Shown here: piece after piece, positions 1 to 24,558 of the stretch | Layout of the letters: each line of letters begins with the position of its first letter | How positions within the stretch are numbered: the stretch's first letter is position 1 | DNA from: Chrysomallon squamiferum | Taxonomy: Eukaryota > Animalia > Mollusca | Assembly (NCBI GenBank): GCA_012295275.1 | Contig: CM022677.1 | Coordinates: forward strand, 18,290,001-18,354,000 | DNA: 64,000 bases | Direction of reading: 5' to 3' | Notes under the pieces: generated by a model | Seen by the model: the letters and a program-made list of their open reading frames with translations, nothing else | What the model was told of the DNA's origin: nothing | Databases searched by the model: none | Position numbers and translations under genes: made by a program

Positions 1-266
1 AACTACTGCTGATGTTTATTTACTATGTAATATAAAGATACTTAAAAAATATTTTCTATAAGAAACATTTTGGTTTGAAACTGGATATGTTTAGGTACAT
101 TTTTGTTCAGTTTTAGTATTTAGACTTCAGTATTATGAGATAATTTTGTACAAGAAAAGTTTTATATTTTTAAAATTAATATTCTTCAATTTGACGTTTT
201 CCTTTTCTTCTTCTTTTTTCTTCTTTTTGTGTTGAATTCTTTTGTGAAATGTGAAGACAACCAAAG

Positions 267-341
<75 letters not shown>

Positions 342-1399
342 CTCTCTCTCTCTGTCAATCTGTAATAATTATAACTAATCATAAATAAAATGAAGAGACA
401 AATTAAACAATAATTTAAAATTTTATAAATATTTATTGATCTTGCTTGCCTTCAGTTCAGCTGAGTGTATGTGTGTGCGTGTGTCTGTTCAGTAAACAAG
501 ACATTTTGTACATTTTTTTTTTAGCAGTCCTGTGCTTTTATACATATAACCTGTTACTTTTCTTTTAAATTTGTTTTCTTTGAACTTTTTTGTAAATACT
601 AGCCTGTTGTTATCTTAGAACAATCACTTTGAAGTTGCCTTAAAGAATATAGCATTAATCATTATTATTTTTTTTTTTTCTAGGCTATAAGTAGATATTT
701 TAATATATAGAACATGTTAGTTTATTAATTTTTAACCTTTTTTTAAAATTCGTTATTGTTGTAGAGCAATCTAAAAAAAAAAAAATGACAGAAACCAAGA
801 AGTAATATAGAGTTAATGTTCATAACTTTCAAAAAGTCTATATAGACTGAGCTATGAGACAAAACCAGAAAATGAACAGCAATCATTTTGTTTGTTATTA
901 TTGTTGTTGTTGCTGTTGTTATTATTGTTTATATTATTATTAAATAATTATCAGTATAAAAAAAATACATTGATAAACTCAGAATTCATTTTGATAATTT
1001 GAAGAAAATAAAATCTACACAGTCTAAATAAAAGGAAAACTTATAACAAAACTAACAACAAAATAATAATAATAAAATAAAATCTATTTTGTAGTATTAT
1101 TAGTATAACTGTTTTTTTTTAAATCCCTATTACCGACCAGTCTAAAAATCCTACAGTGACTGAGGCATAAGCTCACTATCACATTTGTTTTCTGTTCTTG
1201 TTATTATTTTGTTTTTGAATGTTATTTTTTCTGTTGTGTATTTTGGCTTGATAAAATGTGATGGATACAGGGTATTAAAAACAAGCAACAAAGTGTAACA
1301 GTTTCTTTTCATAAAAAAAAAAAAAAATGCACTTAGAAGATTTGACCTAGGAACCCATGGAGAGAGTAGTACCATGATACTTGTTAAGTCCAATCAATT

Positions 1400-2175
1400 A
1401 TAGCATTTTATTTGTATTAAGAAATTAAAATTAAGATTTCACTGATTTAAGAATTTTCCTTGTGTAGAATGTCCAATTATAATATTTTATTTCACTTAAA
1501 AGAAATTCAAAGTAGATTTCCCAGTTTTAAGAATCTTTCCGCTAAACGGATTTGAACCACAATATCCCATAATTTCACTTAAAGCATTCACACTAATTTT
1601 ACAGATTGTCCACCAAGGAGATTTGAACCTGTATCCTTGTGGTGACCTTTTTATTATAACATTTTTTTAGCTTTCAACCCCATTTTCCCAGATATATATC
1701 TTGTATGTTATACCTTATATACAAATTCTTTTGAAAGGGATTTAATCCAGAATATTATCCTAGTTTGTCTGAATTATTAAATGGATTGTAAACTTTCCAT
1801 AAAGAGGATTTGAACCACAATCCTTTGATAGTTAATCTAATTGTACTATTTTCATTAATAGTATTCTATTTCAAGTTTGTAAGTTATTCTCAATTTAATT
1901 ATTTTTTATTTTAAAAAAAAAGAAAAAATGAAAAGATGGCTTTGACAGTATTTGAACCAAGGTACTCGGAGAATTTATCTAAATAATGTGGGTTCAGTGA
2001 ATTATCTTCCCTTTGAATAGATCTGAATTACAGTATTTAGAAATTCATTTGGATATTTCACTTTACTTAAATTCAACTAACACAATTTGAACCAAGAATT
2101 TTAGTTTTTCTTATAACAGCAAACATATGTTTTGAATTATTCATGTTCTTTGTTAAGATTTGAACCATAATTTTT
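1400..2175. repeat. Degenerate ~70-bp tandem repeat with conserved GATTTGAACC core
   Basis: Cores at about 1548, 1619, 1738, 1806, 1948, 2020, 2085 and 2157, mostly spaced ~70 bp or a multiple of it. Confidence 0.65.
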
Positions 2176-2244
2176 ATGCTGATGTGCTAGTGCTAATAAG
2201 ATTTTTTTTTTTTTTTTCCTGTAACAGTTTTCAACAGTTATTTC

Positions 2245-2280
<36 letters not shown>

Positions 2281-3578
2281 TAATAATGATAATAATAATT
2301 CATTAAAAACAGTGATATGGTTTCCTTAGGGACTTAATGAGACCTGATAAAAATGAGTATTTCAACAGAGTTGAACATAAACTTTTAAAAATAAAATACA
2401 TTTTATTGTATAAAAGAAATAAATAGTTTTTTTTTTCTCTGAATCATTGTACATTGTAAGTATTTAGTAGTATCTGTTCAGTTTCATACAAATCAGTTTT
2501 TAATATATGTTATTAACCTTTCAATATTGTTTTAATTTGTAACTATTATTTATTTATTTATTTATTTATATTTTAATTTATTTCGACTTTGTTGCAATAG
2601 GTGATGGGAACTTGCATTTTAATCGTATAAATAATATTTTTAACATTTTTAATTTGTTTTTGTTTTCTAATTATTATTATTATTGTTATTATTGATATTG
2701 TTATTGTTATTATTATTATTGTTAAATCACTCAAAATAGTATTAGTGTACATAAAATCTTGTATTAATAATCAAAGAAAACAATAATAATCTTGCAGTAC
2801 ATGAATAAACAATTATAAGTAATAAAGACACCTTCAAACTGAATGACTTGAAGAAACCCATTTATAGTGTAATAATTGTACAATAAAATTAAAATTAATT
2901 AAGATTCATTCACACTGTAAATTTAAGAAACAGTTTGTAAAATTAGGTATGATTTTAGACTGAAATTAAGCATTCTACAGGATACAACTTAATTGGAAAA
3001 ATAGGTACAAATTGTTACAAATTAAGTTAAGGTTTATTCATACTAATAGACCTGTAGTAGCAATTTATAATGTAATTTGATTTAAGCATCATTCATACTG
3101 TGTGATTTATTAAAACAATTTCATTAATCTTGTGTCAAATTGTAAGCTGCAATCATACAATATGACTTTAAAAAAACATTTGAGTTATAATTACAGCTCT
3201 CAGAATGTGTTGCCTTCTGTTTCTGTGTTTAAGTATTTTAGAAGTTTCAAATAATAATATTTTACTTCAATAGACAGAAGAACAAAAATATATTGTTTTA
3301 AGTATTATTACTTGATCAGTGATTTTTTTAAGATACATTTTTGTTTAATTTTATTTTACACCAAAATGTGCCTTTTGTAAATGTAAATTATTAGTAAAAT
3401 TGTTGGGTTTTTGTTTTGGCATTTTAAAATTAAAAATGAATTTTTATATTCAGTTAATTATTCATTGGAAAGATAATTTTAGTCTTTCATCTTTAGTGTT
3501 TGTTTCTTTTTAAAATTATATTTGTATAAGAATTTTTTTTTTTTTTTAAATTGTTGAACATATTTTTTATGACTTCTT

Positions 3579-3664
<86 letters not shown>

Positions 3665-4661
3665 CCTCTGAAAATACCAGTATCTAGAACTAAAATTGTT
3701 TTAAAATCTGTTTATACTGAATAAATAGAATTTTTTAACAGCAATAAAAATATAATAAAGAATCTAGCTAGTAACTTTAGTTTTGCATCCTTTAATGCCT
3801 CAGGTATGCAATAGAAAGGTTTTCTCTATGAGCAGGTTGAGTCATTATCATTTATTCTGCTTAGGTTTAGAATATAATACAAATCATGGTTAAGGCATTT
3901 TGTTTATAATTAAAATAGTGTGCAGTAAACAGGTGGTCTTAGTACGCAGTTTGAAACTTAATTCTTATTATATGTAACTTAGTGTGGTATGTAAGGTTAC
4001 ACTTAATGGAAAGTTTGGATTACTCAGTGGATTAGAAGTACAGGCTACTATTTTGTACCGTATATGAAATATTAAGCAATATAAAGGTGGTCTGAATTAG
4101 CAGTTTGAATATTTCCTAGAAAGGTAACTATTTTAACAGATTTTAATTAATAAAATAATTGAGCTTACCAATGATGATAATATATAATTTCCCCTTTTTT
4201 TTTTTTTTTTTTTCCTTTTTTAAAATAATGCAGTTTGTTTCATTTTATCTTTTTTTTTTTTTTTTTGACAACATTTTGTTTAGTTACATCTTTCTGTCAT
4301 TAGCACAAAGGCAACTGTATATTAAACAGAACATTTTTTATTATTTAATTTTTTAATGAATATTTGCAGTGAAATATTTTGACTGCTATAGAAATTGTTT
4401 GATACTAAAATTTACTTTGTGAATTAAATTTTCGTTCATCTTTAGAGAGATGTAGAAATATGATTAGCCAGTTTGCTAATTTTTTTAGGAAGATTTATCT
4501 AACACTTGGGTATTTTTGGATATCATATATTTTTGAATACATTTATACAAATTTTAGTGATGTATAAGTTAAATCTGTATGTTCATGCAAAGAATACACA
4601 TACAGTCCTATACATACGTGTATATACATGCACGCACACTCAACACAAACATGCAGATTCA

Positions 4662-4706
<45 letters not shown>

Positions 4707-5106
4707 AGATTTAGTTTCCTGTTTTGAAACTAAGAAATGTGATTGGAAGTTTTGCTTGAAATAATTTTTTACATAACAGTTTATGTACAGAAAGAAATAA
4801 ACATTTAAATTAAGCTTTAGTTTATAACAATTAGAATGTTTCATATTGGATAGAGAAAATTACTCTTATTTAAGTATCATCAATTCAGTACATAAAGGTC
4901 ATTTTGATTTTTTTTTTTTTTTTTATCATTTCTTTTTTAATTCCCGTTCTAACTTTTCACCAGCTGTGCTCTTGTTTTTTTGGGTTTTTTGTAACATAAA
5001 GTGCTAGAAGATAACAGCTTGCTCAGAAGTGACAAATTGTAAATAATATGAATATCTGTCTTTCATTCGCAATGTCTTTTCAGTTTTCATTGTATTTGTG
5101 AAAAAC

Positions 5107-5161
<55 letters not shown>

Positions 5162-6529
5162 GAAATTTTTTTTTGTTTCATTTTTTTTTCGATGATATTC
5201 AAAACAGATTATAAATAAAAGAATATTTGCATTTATATATATATATACACACATACATACTCATTTCTCTAATGAATTTTTAAGAAAATGTATGACAAAA
5301 AATAAAACTTAAAAATACAATATTATGAAACCAGAACATCTTGGTAGCTTTTAAATAATAACAAAATAATATTTAAAATATATAATGGTGAGAAAAATAA
5401 ATGTTTAATAATAAAAGTAAATACATAATATTTTATATTTATTTTGAAAAAAAAATAAAATACAGCTTAGAAATGCATTACCTAAATCACTTTTTCAGTT
5501 ATAAATGAAAAGGTGAAAGAAAAAAAAAAAAAATTGTCCTATTTCATTGAGTATATTTCCCTATAAACAATAAACCACATGTAAAATTTGTATTTGTTAT
5601 AAATGTATTGAGTGACAAATAAAACATTACTACATTTGAATCATTCATTTATTGCCAATTATGTGAAGATTAATTTTTTTTTTTTATTAGCTGTTAACTT
5701 AATGTTGCGAGTGTGTATTGCGTAGAAATTTTATCATTTATTAATAAAATGTTGATAGTGGAATTGTGGAGTTTTTAAAGTTTTTTAATTTTTTTTTTAT
5801 AATTATTGTTACTGTATTAATGTTCCAATAAACAAGTAAATATAATAATAATTTTATAATAAATTTATAATAATTTCTCGAGAAAAAGAAATAGTAAGCT
5901 AAAGGTTATTTCTTGCAAGAATTTAGGGGTAAAAAAAATTCAAAGGGATTTGGGAAAATTATCATTAAATATATTGCTTGTTTTTGATTTTTTTCTTCAT
6001 AATAAAGGAATTATTATTAAAAAAAATTGTAATACCATGTAATTATAATTATTATTATTATGATTATTATTATTATTATTTTCACACCTTGTTAATGTTC
6101 CAGACAAACTTTTTGAAATAATAAATTGTTACATTTTTAAATGACTTCAATAAATATTTTGTACATTGTATGGCTTCTTGTTTTTTTCTTTTGTTCACAC
6201 ATTTTCCTTCTTCATTTTTACTTTTTTCTATGTACCCAATTTGTGAACAGTCAGTGACTACTACTACAACTACTACTACTACAACAGTTTGTTACTACAG
6301 CTACTACTAGTATTGTTATAGATGTTGCAATGTTTGTTACTACTGTCACTACTTCTGCTATACAATTATTGTTACTACTAACTACTACATCAGCTGCCAC
6401 TACAACTACTACTACTACTACTACTATAATAATAATAATAATAATAACAAACACTAGTTATATCCATTTGCTTTTTATTGATAATACACTAATTTACAGC
6501 CTGAATATTATGTAATTTTGATATACACA

Positions 6530-6573
<44 letters not shown>

Positions 6574-6689
6574 TCAATAATAATAATGAGAAGAAGAAGA
6601 AGAGGAAAGAGATAAGCAAATATTTACATATTTCCATTTTTTCACATGTTCATCTTATGCATATAGTTTTAAATTCTAAATTTATTAAT

Positions 6690-6728
<39 letters not shown>

Positions 6729-6932
6729 TTCAGATTTATGAGATCATCTACAAAGGTTACCATAGCAACATGCAGAAAATACTGCAGAGAAATTATAATA
6801 TAGATTTACAATAAGCAAAATCTTTTAACTTGTCTTAAAATGTAGCATATTTTCATTTCATTTCAATGATGTCATATATGGTTGCCATAGAAACAACAAA
6901 GATGACATAGAGGTGGAATAATAATAATAATC

Positions 6933-6980
<48 letters not shown>

Positions 6981-7676
6981 TCATAGTTATTATTAACTGA
7001 ACAAAAATAATTTATACTCCTTAAACCATTCAGCAGTTCAGATATTCAACTTAAAATATTTATAATTGTTATGAGGTCATGTATAAAGATTGTCATAGTA
7101 ACATAAAGAAATTTTTGCAAAGAAAAGTATAACTGAGTTATAATAGTGATAAAGTTACAAACTTTAAGTTGTATCACATTCATATGACATCATTTTATTA
7201 TCAGAGACAATGAAATTATTACCCTTTAGAAGTAGAATAACACAAAATTATGAAGTCTGGCAGAAATCAAATCTCTCTCTCTCTGTCTCTATGTATGTGT
7301 ACACACACACACACAGCTGATAGTAAATACAAAATATGTTTGATATGTAAAGCAAACAAGCAATATACACACACATTATTTATTTATTTATTTATTTATT
7401 TTGTCTTTTATCCAGTTCCAAAGTATAATCATACTAATTATTATATGTTAAATGATGTTGCTGGTAATTTGACAAAAAAAAAAAAATAATAATAATAATG
7501 AAAATATCTCAGAATAATCCACATTAATTTCAGGAATTTCAGGCAAGTGATTCCCCTTTTCAGCATTTGCACTTCATGACAATATTTATGATGATAACAG
7601 TTACAACAACAACAGCAACAAGAGCAACAACAACGTTATAGTGGTATGGTAGTAATAGAGTAAGGACTAGCAGTAT

Positions 7677-7707
<31 letters not shown>

Positions 7708-8137
7708 TATAGATAGATAGATAGATAGGTATCTTTTTTCTTGTGAAAGATATAGAAATAAAGAAGACATGAACATGATGATGATATTGATAGTAATAGT
7801 AATAGTAATAACTGTAGTAGTGTTCATAGTAAAAGTAGATATGGTAATAGTTGCAGTAGCAGCTGAAGTACTAGTATTAATAGTAGTAGATACTATAAAA
7901 GCACTAGTAGCAGAAACATTGTAGCATTACTAATAATAGAAACAGTAGTAGTGGCAGTAGTCATATTTTTGACAGTGGAAGTGGTGGAAGTAGTGGTAGC
8001 TGTTGTAGTAGTAGTAGTAGTAGTGGTAGTAGTGGCAGCGGTTGCAGTAGTTATATAATAACCAAACATCATATATGCAGAGTTGCAAGTAGTAGTAGCA
8101 ATATCAGTAGCATCAAAAGTAGTAATAATAATAGCAA

Positions 8138-8184
<47 letters not shown>

Positions 8185-8618
8185 TGGTAGTGACAGTATT
8201 AGTAGCATCAATAGCAGCAATAATAGTAGCAATAGTAGTAGAAGTAGTAGTAGTGGTAGTGGTAGTGTTAATGGAGATGACGGTTGTTGTTGTAGTAGTA
8301 ATTAATCGTGCAAATGAAAACAAAACTAAGAGATAAAAAATTCTTGTGAATATTATAGAAAAAAAGCATTGAAACAATGAGTCAGTTTATAAACATGTTT
8401 TAATATAATGAATTTTTGTGAGCATTTGAAGAAACAGAAAGAAAAAAAATTATACAATGAAAGCATTCTTCATGAAATTTTCAAGTTTAATCCTTTGAAT
8501 CCTAAGTACAGATAAACAACTGCAGAAGCACGGAAATCTTTTTTATTCTATGAAATAAATAAATAAATAAATAAATAAATGAATAATTAAATAAATAAAT
8601 AAATAAATAAATGAATAA

Positions 8619-8650
<32 letters not shown>

Positions 8651-8879
8651 ACAAACAATAAAAAAAAAAAAAACAGAAAAACAAAAAACAAAAAACAAAA
8701 AAAAAACGGTTGCCTTTTATAATTTAAAAATTTATCGTTTTATTATTTTTATTATTATTATCAATATTACTTATTTATCTGTTTATTTGCTTATTTGTTG
8801 TTGTTCCAGAAAATAAACATCACCATCAAAATCAGGATTCAAAGGATTAAAACCTTCCACGCCAAATCACAAGTTATTA

Positions 8880-9330
8880 ACCATATTTACATTTTATTTA
8901 CATTTTACAAAAATCTTACACTTCACATTTCATTAATCATCCATTTTACATTTCACAAATTCATTTTACATTTCAATAATCATCGATTTTACATTTCACA
9001 AATCTTCGATTTTACATTTCACAAATCTTCCATTTTACATTTTATTAAATGTTTAATTTTACATTTTTTATGAATCTTCTATTTTACATTTCACAAATCT
9101 TCCATTTTACATTAGACTAATTTTCCACGGACATTCTACAAAACCGTCCATTTTTTGCATTTAATAAACAGTTTTACATTTGAGTAAATCATCCATTTAC
9201 ATTTCATTTCCAACCATTTTACATTTTGCTAAGCAATACATTTACAGTGAAATTAATTCTTTAAAAAAACACTCATAGTAGTTGTTATAAGCCATCCATT
9301 TTACATTTCATTAAATTATCTATTTACAGT
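8880..9330. repeat. ~22-bp degenerate minisatellite (CCATTTTACATTTCACAAATCT)
   Basis: TTTTACATTT recurs about every 22 bp across the interval. Confidence 0.8.
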
Positions 9331-10679
9331 TCACTTAAGTTTCATATTTATTACTTAATATTTTCTAAAAATAACCATTTAACATATCTTTAGTGGCAGC
9401 AAATGGCAGACAAAAATAAGAAATAGTTTTTTTTTAAATTTATTTTTATGCCTGTGCATGATATTAATTGTCAATAATGTAAATATACATCTTAATTATC
9501 AATTAATAAGCATATTAATGAAGCTAGGTATAACAAGCATTTAATTAAAAGTTATCTAGTTCACTCCAGTATCAAAAGTTAATATGAAAATGTTGATATC
9601 AAAAGCCGATTGAAGAAAATGTAATTAAAACCAGGGTTATGGTTGCATTGTAAATAAATTCCGTTTAGCTGTTAAATTTTAAGTTTTTAAAACAAGCCTA
9701 TGTTTAAAAATACAACACACAGTGTAGCAGTAATAGTAATAGTAGTAGTAGTAATAGCTGTAGAAGTAATAGTAATATTAAAGTAATAGTAATAACAGTA
9801 GCAGTAACGGTAATAATAGTAGAAGTAATAGTAAAAACATTTTCAAATGGTAATAGTAGTAGTAGTAAAAGTAGCAGTATATAGCAAACTAGTGTAGTAA
9901 TAGTGCAGAAGTAGTAACAGCAGTAGTAAATATTATTATTGTTTCCATTTTGAATTGTGTGCAGATTATAAATCATTGTTCTTCCCATAAACAATGCATA
10001 GATAAAGGAAAAAAAAAAAAGTATTGTACAATCAACAGTATACTATTGCTAATACAATATTTAATTCATAATGTAATTAAAATCAAAAAGTGTTATTATA
10101 CCTTAAGAATAAGGCATTGTGAAAAAATTTTATCCATACAAATAACATTTCATTCATAATCAAAGTTTGATATAGTGTTATATGAAACATGGCCAATTAA
10201 TAATTAAAACCGAATTCTAAGAAATACTGAAGCAAAAAAAAAAAAGCAAAAAAAAAATAACAAAACTATATCAAAAATAATTTGTAGTTTTGTCAGTTCT
10301 CATACATACAGTAATTAAGCAGTCACTGAAAATATTAATTTCATGGCTTCATTTACATCAAGTTCTTTACTACTAGCTTGTTAGTTAACATTTATTTGAA
10401 ATTTCTAAAACATCCAGTTGAAAATATTCACTTTGTGATAGCACTTAAAAAAACAAAAATGCATAAAACTGTTACTGTTATTACTCATAATAAAATAAAT
10501 ATTTGTTCAGTGATGAATAAATATGTTTTAGCAGTATTATACTGAACTCTGAAGCCAAAAAAAAATTGTTGTAGTTTATGTACAGATTAGTTTTTTGTTT
10601 TTTTCAAATTTTATTTGCAGATTAACCCTATTTATGAGGAGAAAAAATACTTCATATTTTACTGTGAGAAAAAAATGAT

Positions 10680-10758
<79 letters not shown>

Positions 10759-12189
10759 TGTTGGGGAAGAACAGAAAGAAACAAAGAAGAAGTATAGACA
10801 GAGCATATGTAATTGTGTGTGTGTCAGATATTTATATGAGATTATGTGTTTGTGTTTGTGTATGTGTATATTTGTGTGAGTACATTCCCAACAGATTAAC
10901 ACAAACTGCTCACGTGTGCAACATTTTTGCAAAAACCTCAACTTCACTGTGTGCATGCATGCATGCATGTGCGACAAAAATGACAATCTCAAACACTGTT
11001 TGATTTGTGTGTATGCACATGCGTACAATTAGTGTGTGTGTGTGTTACATATGAACGTGCAAATACACCTGGTTCTTTTATGACCTGATACAAAACAACT
11101 CAGCAACACAGTACATAGTTAACACTGGCTACTAAATTTACCATTACTAGGTCAGATAAACAGAATAGTTTACAAGTAGAAGCAAGGCTTGATGTGTATT
11201 TAGTTGTTCTAGGATGCAAGCAATATTTATGTGTGTAGTGTGTGTATGCACTGTGTATGTACTAATTTTTTAAAGCAGAATTTTTTTTATTTTTATTTTA
11301 TGTCTGTCTGTGTATGTAGATTAATATATATATATATATATTGTTGTTGTTGCCTTTTAATCTGCTAAAACTTGGATTATCTGTTAATTTTGTGTTACTG
11401 TTATTAAATATTAGACAGATAACCAGACAGACTAACTTATTATTATTTCTTTTTTATATATTTTTTTTATCAACTGATCATTATAAATGCATGTATTGGA
11501 AGCTGTTTTTGTTTCGTTAATTTCTTCAGATTCCGTTAATTTTATATTTACACATATGGTAACTATAAAAATGAAATCATTATAATTATATGCAACAGAT
11601 TGTTATTTTTAGAAAAATATTTATTTGCTAATGATTATCTAACTATGCATCAAAAGTGGCTATTTTATTTTTAATTTTTCAAATTTTCAGCTAATATTTA
11701 TAATTATATGCCACATAAGCCTGCTTTTTTTAGAAAATAATTAACATTTAATTTACCAAATAATCATTATAGTTATATACATTAGAAGTGGCTTCTATTT
11801 TTGTTTTATTATTATTAAGTTTATCTGGTAATTTTTACCTGTTAAGTGACTATAGCTAATTCAACAGACATGTACCTTTCTACATATTTTATTTAAAGAA
11901 ATAATTTTTATATAATTGCTTGAATATATTTCTTAGTATTTTACTGGACAAAAGAATTACATCATAAAGGACTTGTTTATAATGGTTTAACATTCGATTT
12001 CAAGGTGCAGTCAATAATTCCATTTTGATTCATAAAAGAAAAGTAATTTTAAAGTTTCTTTATCTTTTATATTTTCTCAAACGTTAAAGAAACATTTTAT
12101 CTATATCCATAATTGTTAAAAGTAATCTTAAAGGAATGAAAAATTATTCAGAAAAGATGACAGTTATCTTTGTTTGTGCAATAGTTATG

Positions 12190-13210
12190 TAATTATAAAT
12201 TTCTGTTTATTTCTGAGAAACATATTTTTAAGTACTAACAGTGGAAAACAAAATCTTCAATAATAAAATGTCTTAAAAAAAATTAAAATAAATAAAATAT
12301 ATAAAAAAAAAAAGAAAAGAAAAGAAAAGAAAGAAAAGAACTAAAAAGGAAATAATAAATAAAAAATAAGACAAATATGAAGTGTATATTTTTTTATGTT
12401 TCTATCAATGTCATACACATTTGATATAATATTTATGTAATTATAAATCATTTTTACATTTTCTGAAATGCCAGAGAAACATTTTTATATACACTCATAG
12501 TGGGAAAACAAAGTCTTCAATATAATAATGAAATGTTTAAAAAATAAGAAAAGAAAAAAAAGACTATTACGAAGTTTGCATCAACAACTTCGTAAACATC
12601 TGATATAAATATTTAATTTTAAATTTCATCTTTACTCTTTCTGAAGGAACAGAAAATCATTTTTAGTGGAAAATAAAGTTTTCCATATAATTATGAAAAA
12701 TTCACAAAGGGTTTCAATTAATTAAGATTGTATATTTTAATGTTTCTATCAACTATTTCAATTAAATTTAAGTATTATAAATTTCATTTTGATACTTTCT
12801 GAAATACCTTGTAACATTTTAATTACAATGTTTTCAATATAATAATGAAATAGTCAAAAATACTTTAATTACAAAATTTATAATTCTGTTTCTGTCAATA
12901 ACTTTAATACATTTCTGTATTATAAATTTCATTCAGACATTTTCTGAAATATCTTAGAAATATATTACATAAAAGTTCTAAGTTTAAAACGAAGTCTTCA
13001 GTATAATATCAGATAAACTAACAATTTTTCGAAATAACAAAAAGAAATATTTAAATAAATCTTCCATAACCTTTTTATTCTTTTCATTTCCTGAAATGAC
13101 GAAAGAAATAAAAAAAAATCTTGAATAATAATTATAATTATTATTATTTTTTTTTTTCATTTTCTAGAATAACGAAAGAAATATTTTATTTTCCTGCATG
13201 TGATGGAAAT
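12190..13210. repeat. Degenerate 150-250 bp tandem repeat
   Basis: The block TATAAAT..TTTCTGA..GAAACAT..GTGGAAAA..TCTTCAATA recurs at about 12195, 12442, 12618, 12776 and 12921. Confidence 0.6.
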
Positions 13211-13732
13211 AAAATGAACATCAATTTGAAGTGACAAACTATTCAGAAAAGATTAAACTATGAAGTACACATTCTTGCAAATATTGGACATAACAATAAA
13301 TTTTTATTTTTTTTCTAAATGTATCCGTAGGTGAAAAAAAAAAACTGAGCTTTGCATGCAAATGACCAAAGTGTTGAGAAGAGAGAAAAAAGCAAAATGA
13401 AAAAAAATAAAAAATAATAAAAAATAAAAAAATGTGTTTTTAATCATGTTTATATCAGCATGAACATTTTACACATATAATATTATTATTGTTATTACGA
13501 TGATAATAACACGAAAGGAATGTTTTTTTTATAAAAATCAAAGGACATGGCTATACATCACTTTAGTTCAACACAAGCTGCTACTATAGTAATAATTAAA
13601 AATAATAATAAGAAGAAGAAGAATAATGGTCATTAAAGTGATTCATGATGACCCAAAAACAAAACAAATTATTTTTCTTTCATTCATTAGTAACCATAGG
13701 ACGATGAATTTGTAAAGCACTGTATGTCAACT

Positions 13733-13764
<32 letters not shown>

Positions 13765-14539
13765 TGAAAAATGAAAAATGTAAAATAGTAATAATATTAA
13801 TGAAAAAATAATAACAATAAAATAATAAAAATGATAAAATAATAATAATAATAATAATAATGATAATAACAGACAAAAACTAAATTCATAATTTTTCTTC
13901 AAATTTGAAAAGCACAGCATATCATCCTTTCCAAAAAAAAGGAAAAAAATTAATTAACTGCAACTAATATTTTGTTGTTGTTAAAAGTACAGTATGAAAT
14001 ATCAACAACATAATTCAACATGCAGCAGTTCAATCATTTTCTTTTTACCAGAGTGAAAAAAGTTTAATTATATAATCATAATAATAATAATAATAATAAT
14101 AATGAAAATAAAACGTAAGAAAATGTCATAATTAAATCAATAATTAAATATAATAAAATTAAAATAATAATTAAATATAACATAAAACTAATAATAAACA
14201 ACAAAACAAAACTAAAAAAAAAAAAAAAAAAAAAAAAACAATGTACTCCTCTTTCTCACAATGCAGCACAAAAAATTCACAATCCAAGCTTCAAAATTAA
14301 TTTTTTTTTAAGTTTTTTTTATACATATATTTTCTTAAATTCATTTTTTTTTTCTTTCTTTCTTGTTTGTTTTTTTGTAAATTATCGTCACGTGAACAGG
14401 TTAAAAAAGGGGACACCACTCTAGCCTGTGTATCGCACGTGTTTTACGTAGTAAATCGTCAGCTGTGGGGAGGGTTTTTCGGGAGTTTTTTTTTTTTTTT
14501 CTTTCTTTCTTTCTTATGGTAGGTCCCACAGGAAATGAA

Positions 14540-23232
<8,693 letters not shown>

Positions 23233-23319
23233 TTCTCCTCTTCCGCCTGACAGTAGCTTGTAAACAAAACTTTCAAATACAAATATATGGTCACTAAGTG
23301 ACCAAATACTTCCTCAGAA

Positions 23320-23510
23320 CGACCCGGAAATGTATATTAGTATTTTTGTCTTGAAAGTTAAGCGATACAGGTACAGATGAAATGGATTTCCGTGTTTGAT
23401 TGTCAAATCGACTGAGCGAAAATCCAACTAAGTTAACCAATATGGCGGATGTTCGACGCCCCTTGCTTCAGTGCGCATGAAATGACGTCACCGGTGAAAC
23501 GGAAATGCAG
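23320..23510 (-). promoter_or_regulatory. Putative Rab11 housekeeping promoter
   Basis: CpG-rich patch directly upstream of the Rab11 ATG. It contains ETS-like CCGGAAAT (~23324) and CGGAAATG (23500), YY1-like AATATGGCGG (23439), NRF1-like TGCGCATG (23472) and CRE TGACGTCA (23483). Motif matches only. Confidence 0.6.
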
Positions 23511-23599
23511 ACGATGTTCTCCTTCAAGTTGATGTTTGAAAACCAGTTTACAAAATTTTAATTCATTTTATTTTAATTTTATTATTATTATTATTTTTT

Positions 23600-24045
23600 T
23601 TTTATTTTATATTTTAAAATTATATTTCGACAGAAAACTACAGCTTTTTCAATCAAAGTAAAATAAATATTTCTTTTTATTGTATTCTTATTGGTAAAAC
23701 TATCACTGAGAAACTTTATTTATTATTTATTTTTAAAGTTAAATCTCAAAACAAATAATCGAAATATTTAAAATGTACATGCTTATTCAGTGAAAAGTCA
23801 TTAATGATTTCCTACGAATATGTTTATTTTAAATTACATTTTGATAGCGAATTAAAGCTATTTTCAATTAGAGCAAAATAAATATTTATTTAATTTTTAT
23901 TATATTCTTATGCGTAAAATTATCACTGAACAACTTTATTTGTTTATTTATTTTTAAAGTTAACCTTGAAAACCAGTAATTCAGAAATTTAAAAGATGCA
24001 CGTTTATTAAATGAAAATTCATTAAAGATTTCCTAGGAATTTGTC
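23600..24045. repeat. Tandem duplication of about 225 bp
   Basis: AAAATAAATATTT...TATTCTTAT..GTAAAA.TATCACTGA..AACTTTATTT...TTTTAAAGTTAA...GATTTCCTA.GAAT occurs twice in tandem. Confidence 0.75.
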
Positions 24046-24264
24046 TATTAAACCTGAATTTTTGTAGTTCATGTATATACAACTTTATTGTACGCTTCTA
24101 GATTACTGTCATATGTACATTAGAGCCAGCCTTTACTTGTTTTTAAAAAACCCTGACTATACATTTTAATTTTATTAACTGTAATACTTTTATATATGCA
24201 CAACTCTTTACACTGTGTTTTAAGTAAATTTAGAATTTGTATATACACACTAATCACCATTTTT

Positions 24265-24296
<32 letters not shown>

Positions 24297-24509
24297 TCTG
24301 GGGTATTATTAAACGATAAAATTTTAATTATGTTATTTAATACGAAGAAATTATAACAGCAGCAGCAACAATAACTAACTAATAACAACTACTACTGCTA
24401 CTACTTCTTTTTTATCTTTTTCTTCTTCTTCTTCTTCTTCTTCTTCTTATTATTATTATTAAATCCCGTAACAAATAAAGGAAATTACTGAAATGTTTCT
24501 GTATTATCA

Positions 24510-24558
<49 letters not shown>

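Noticed and set aside
1540-1830. tRNA genes suggested by GGTTCAAATCC
   Set aside because: No acceptor stem, D-arm/A-box or anticodon arm could be built around the motif.
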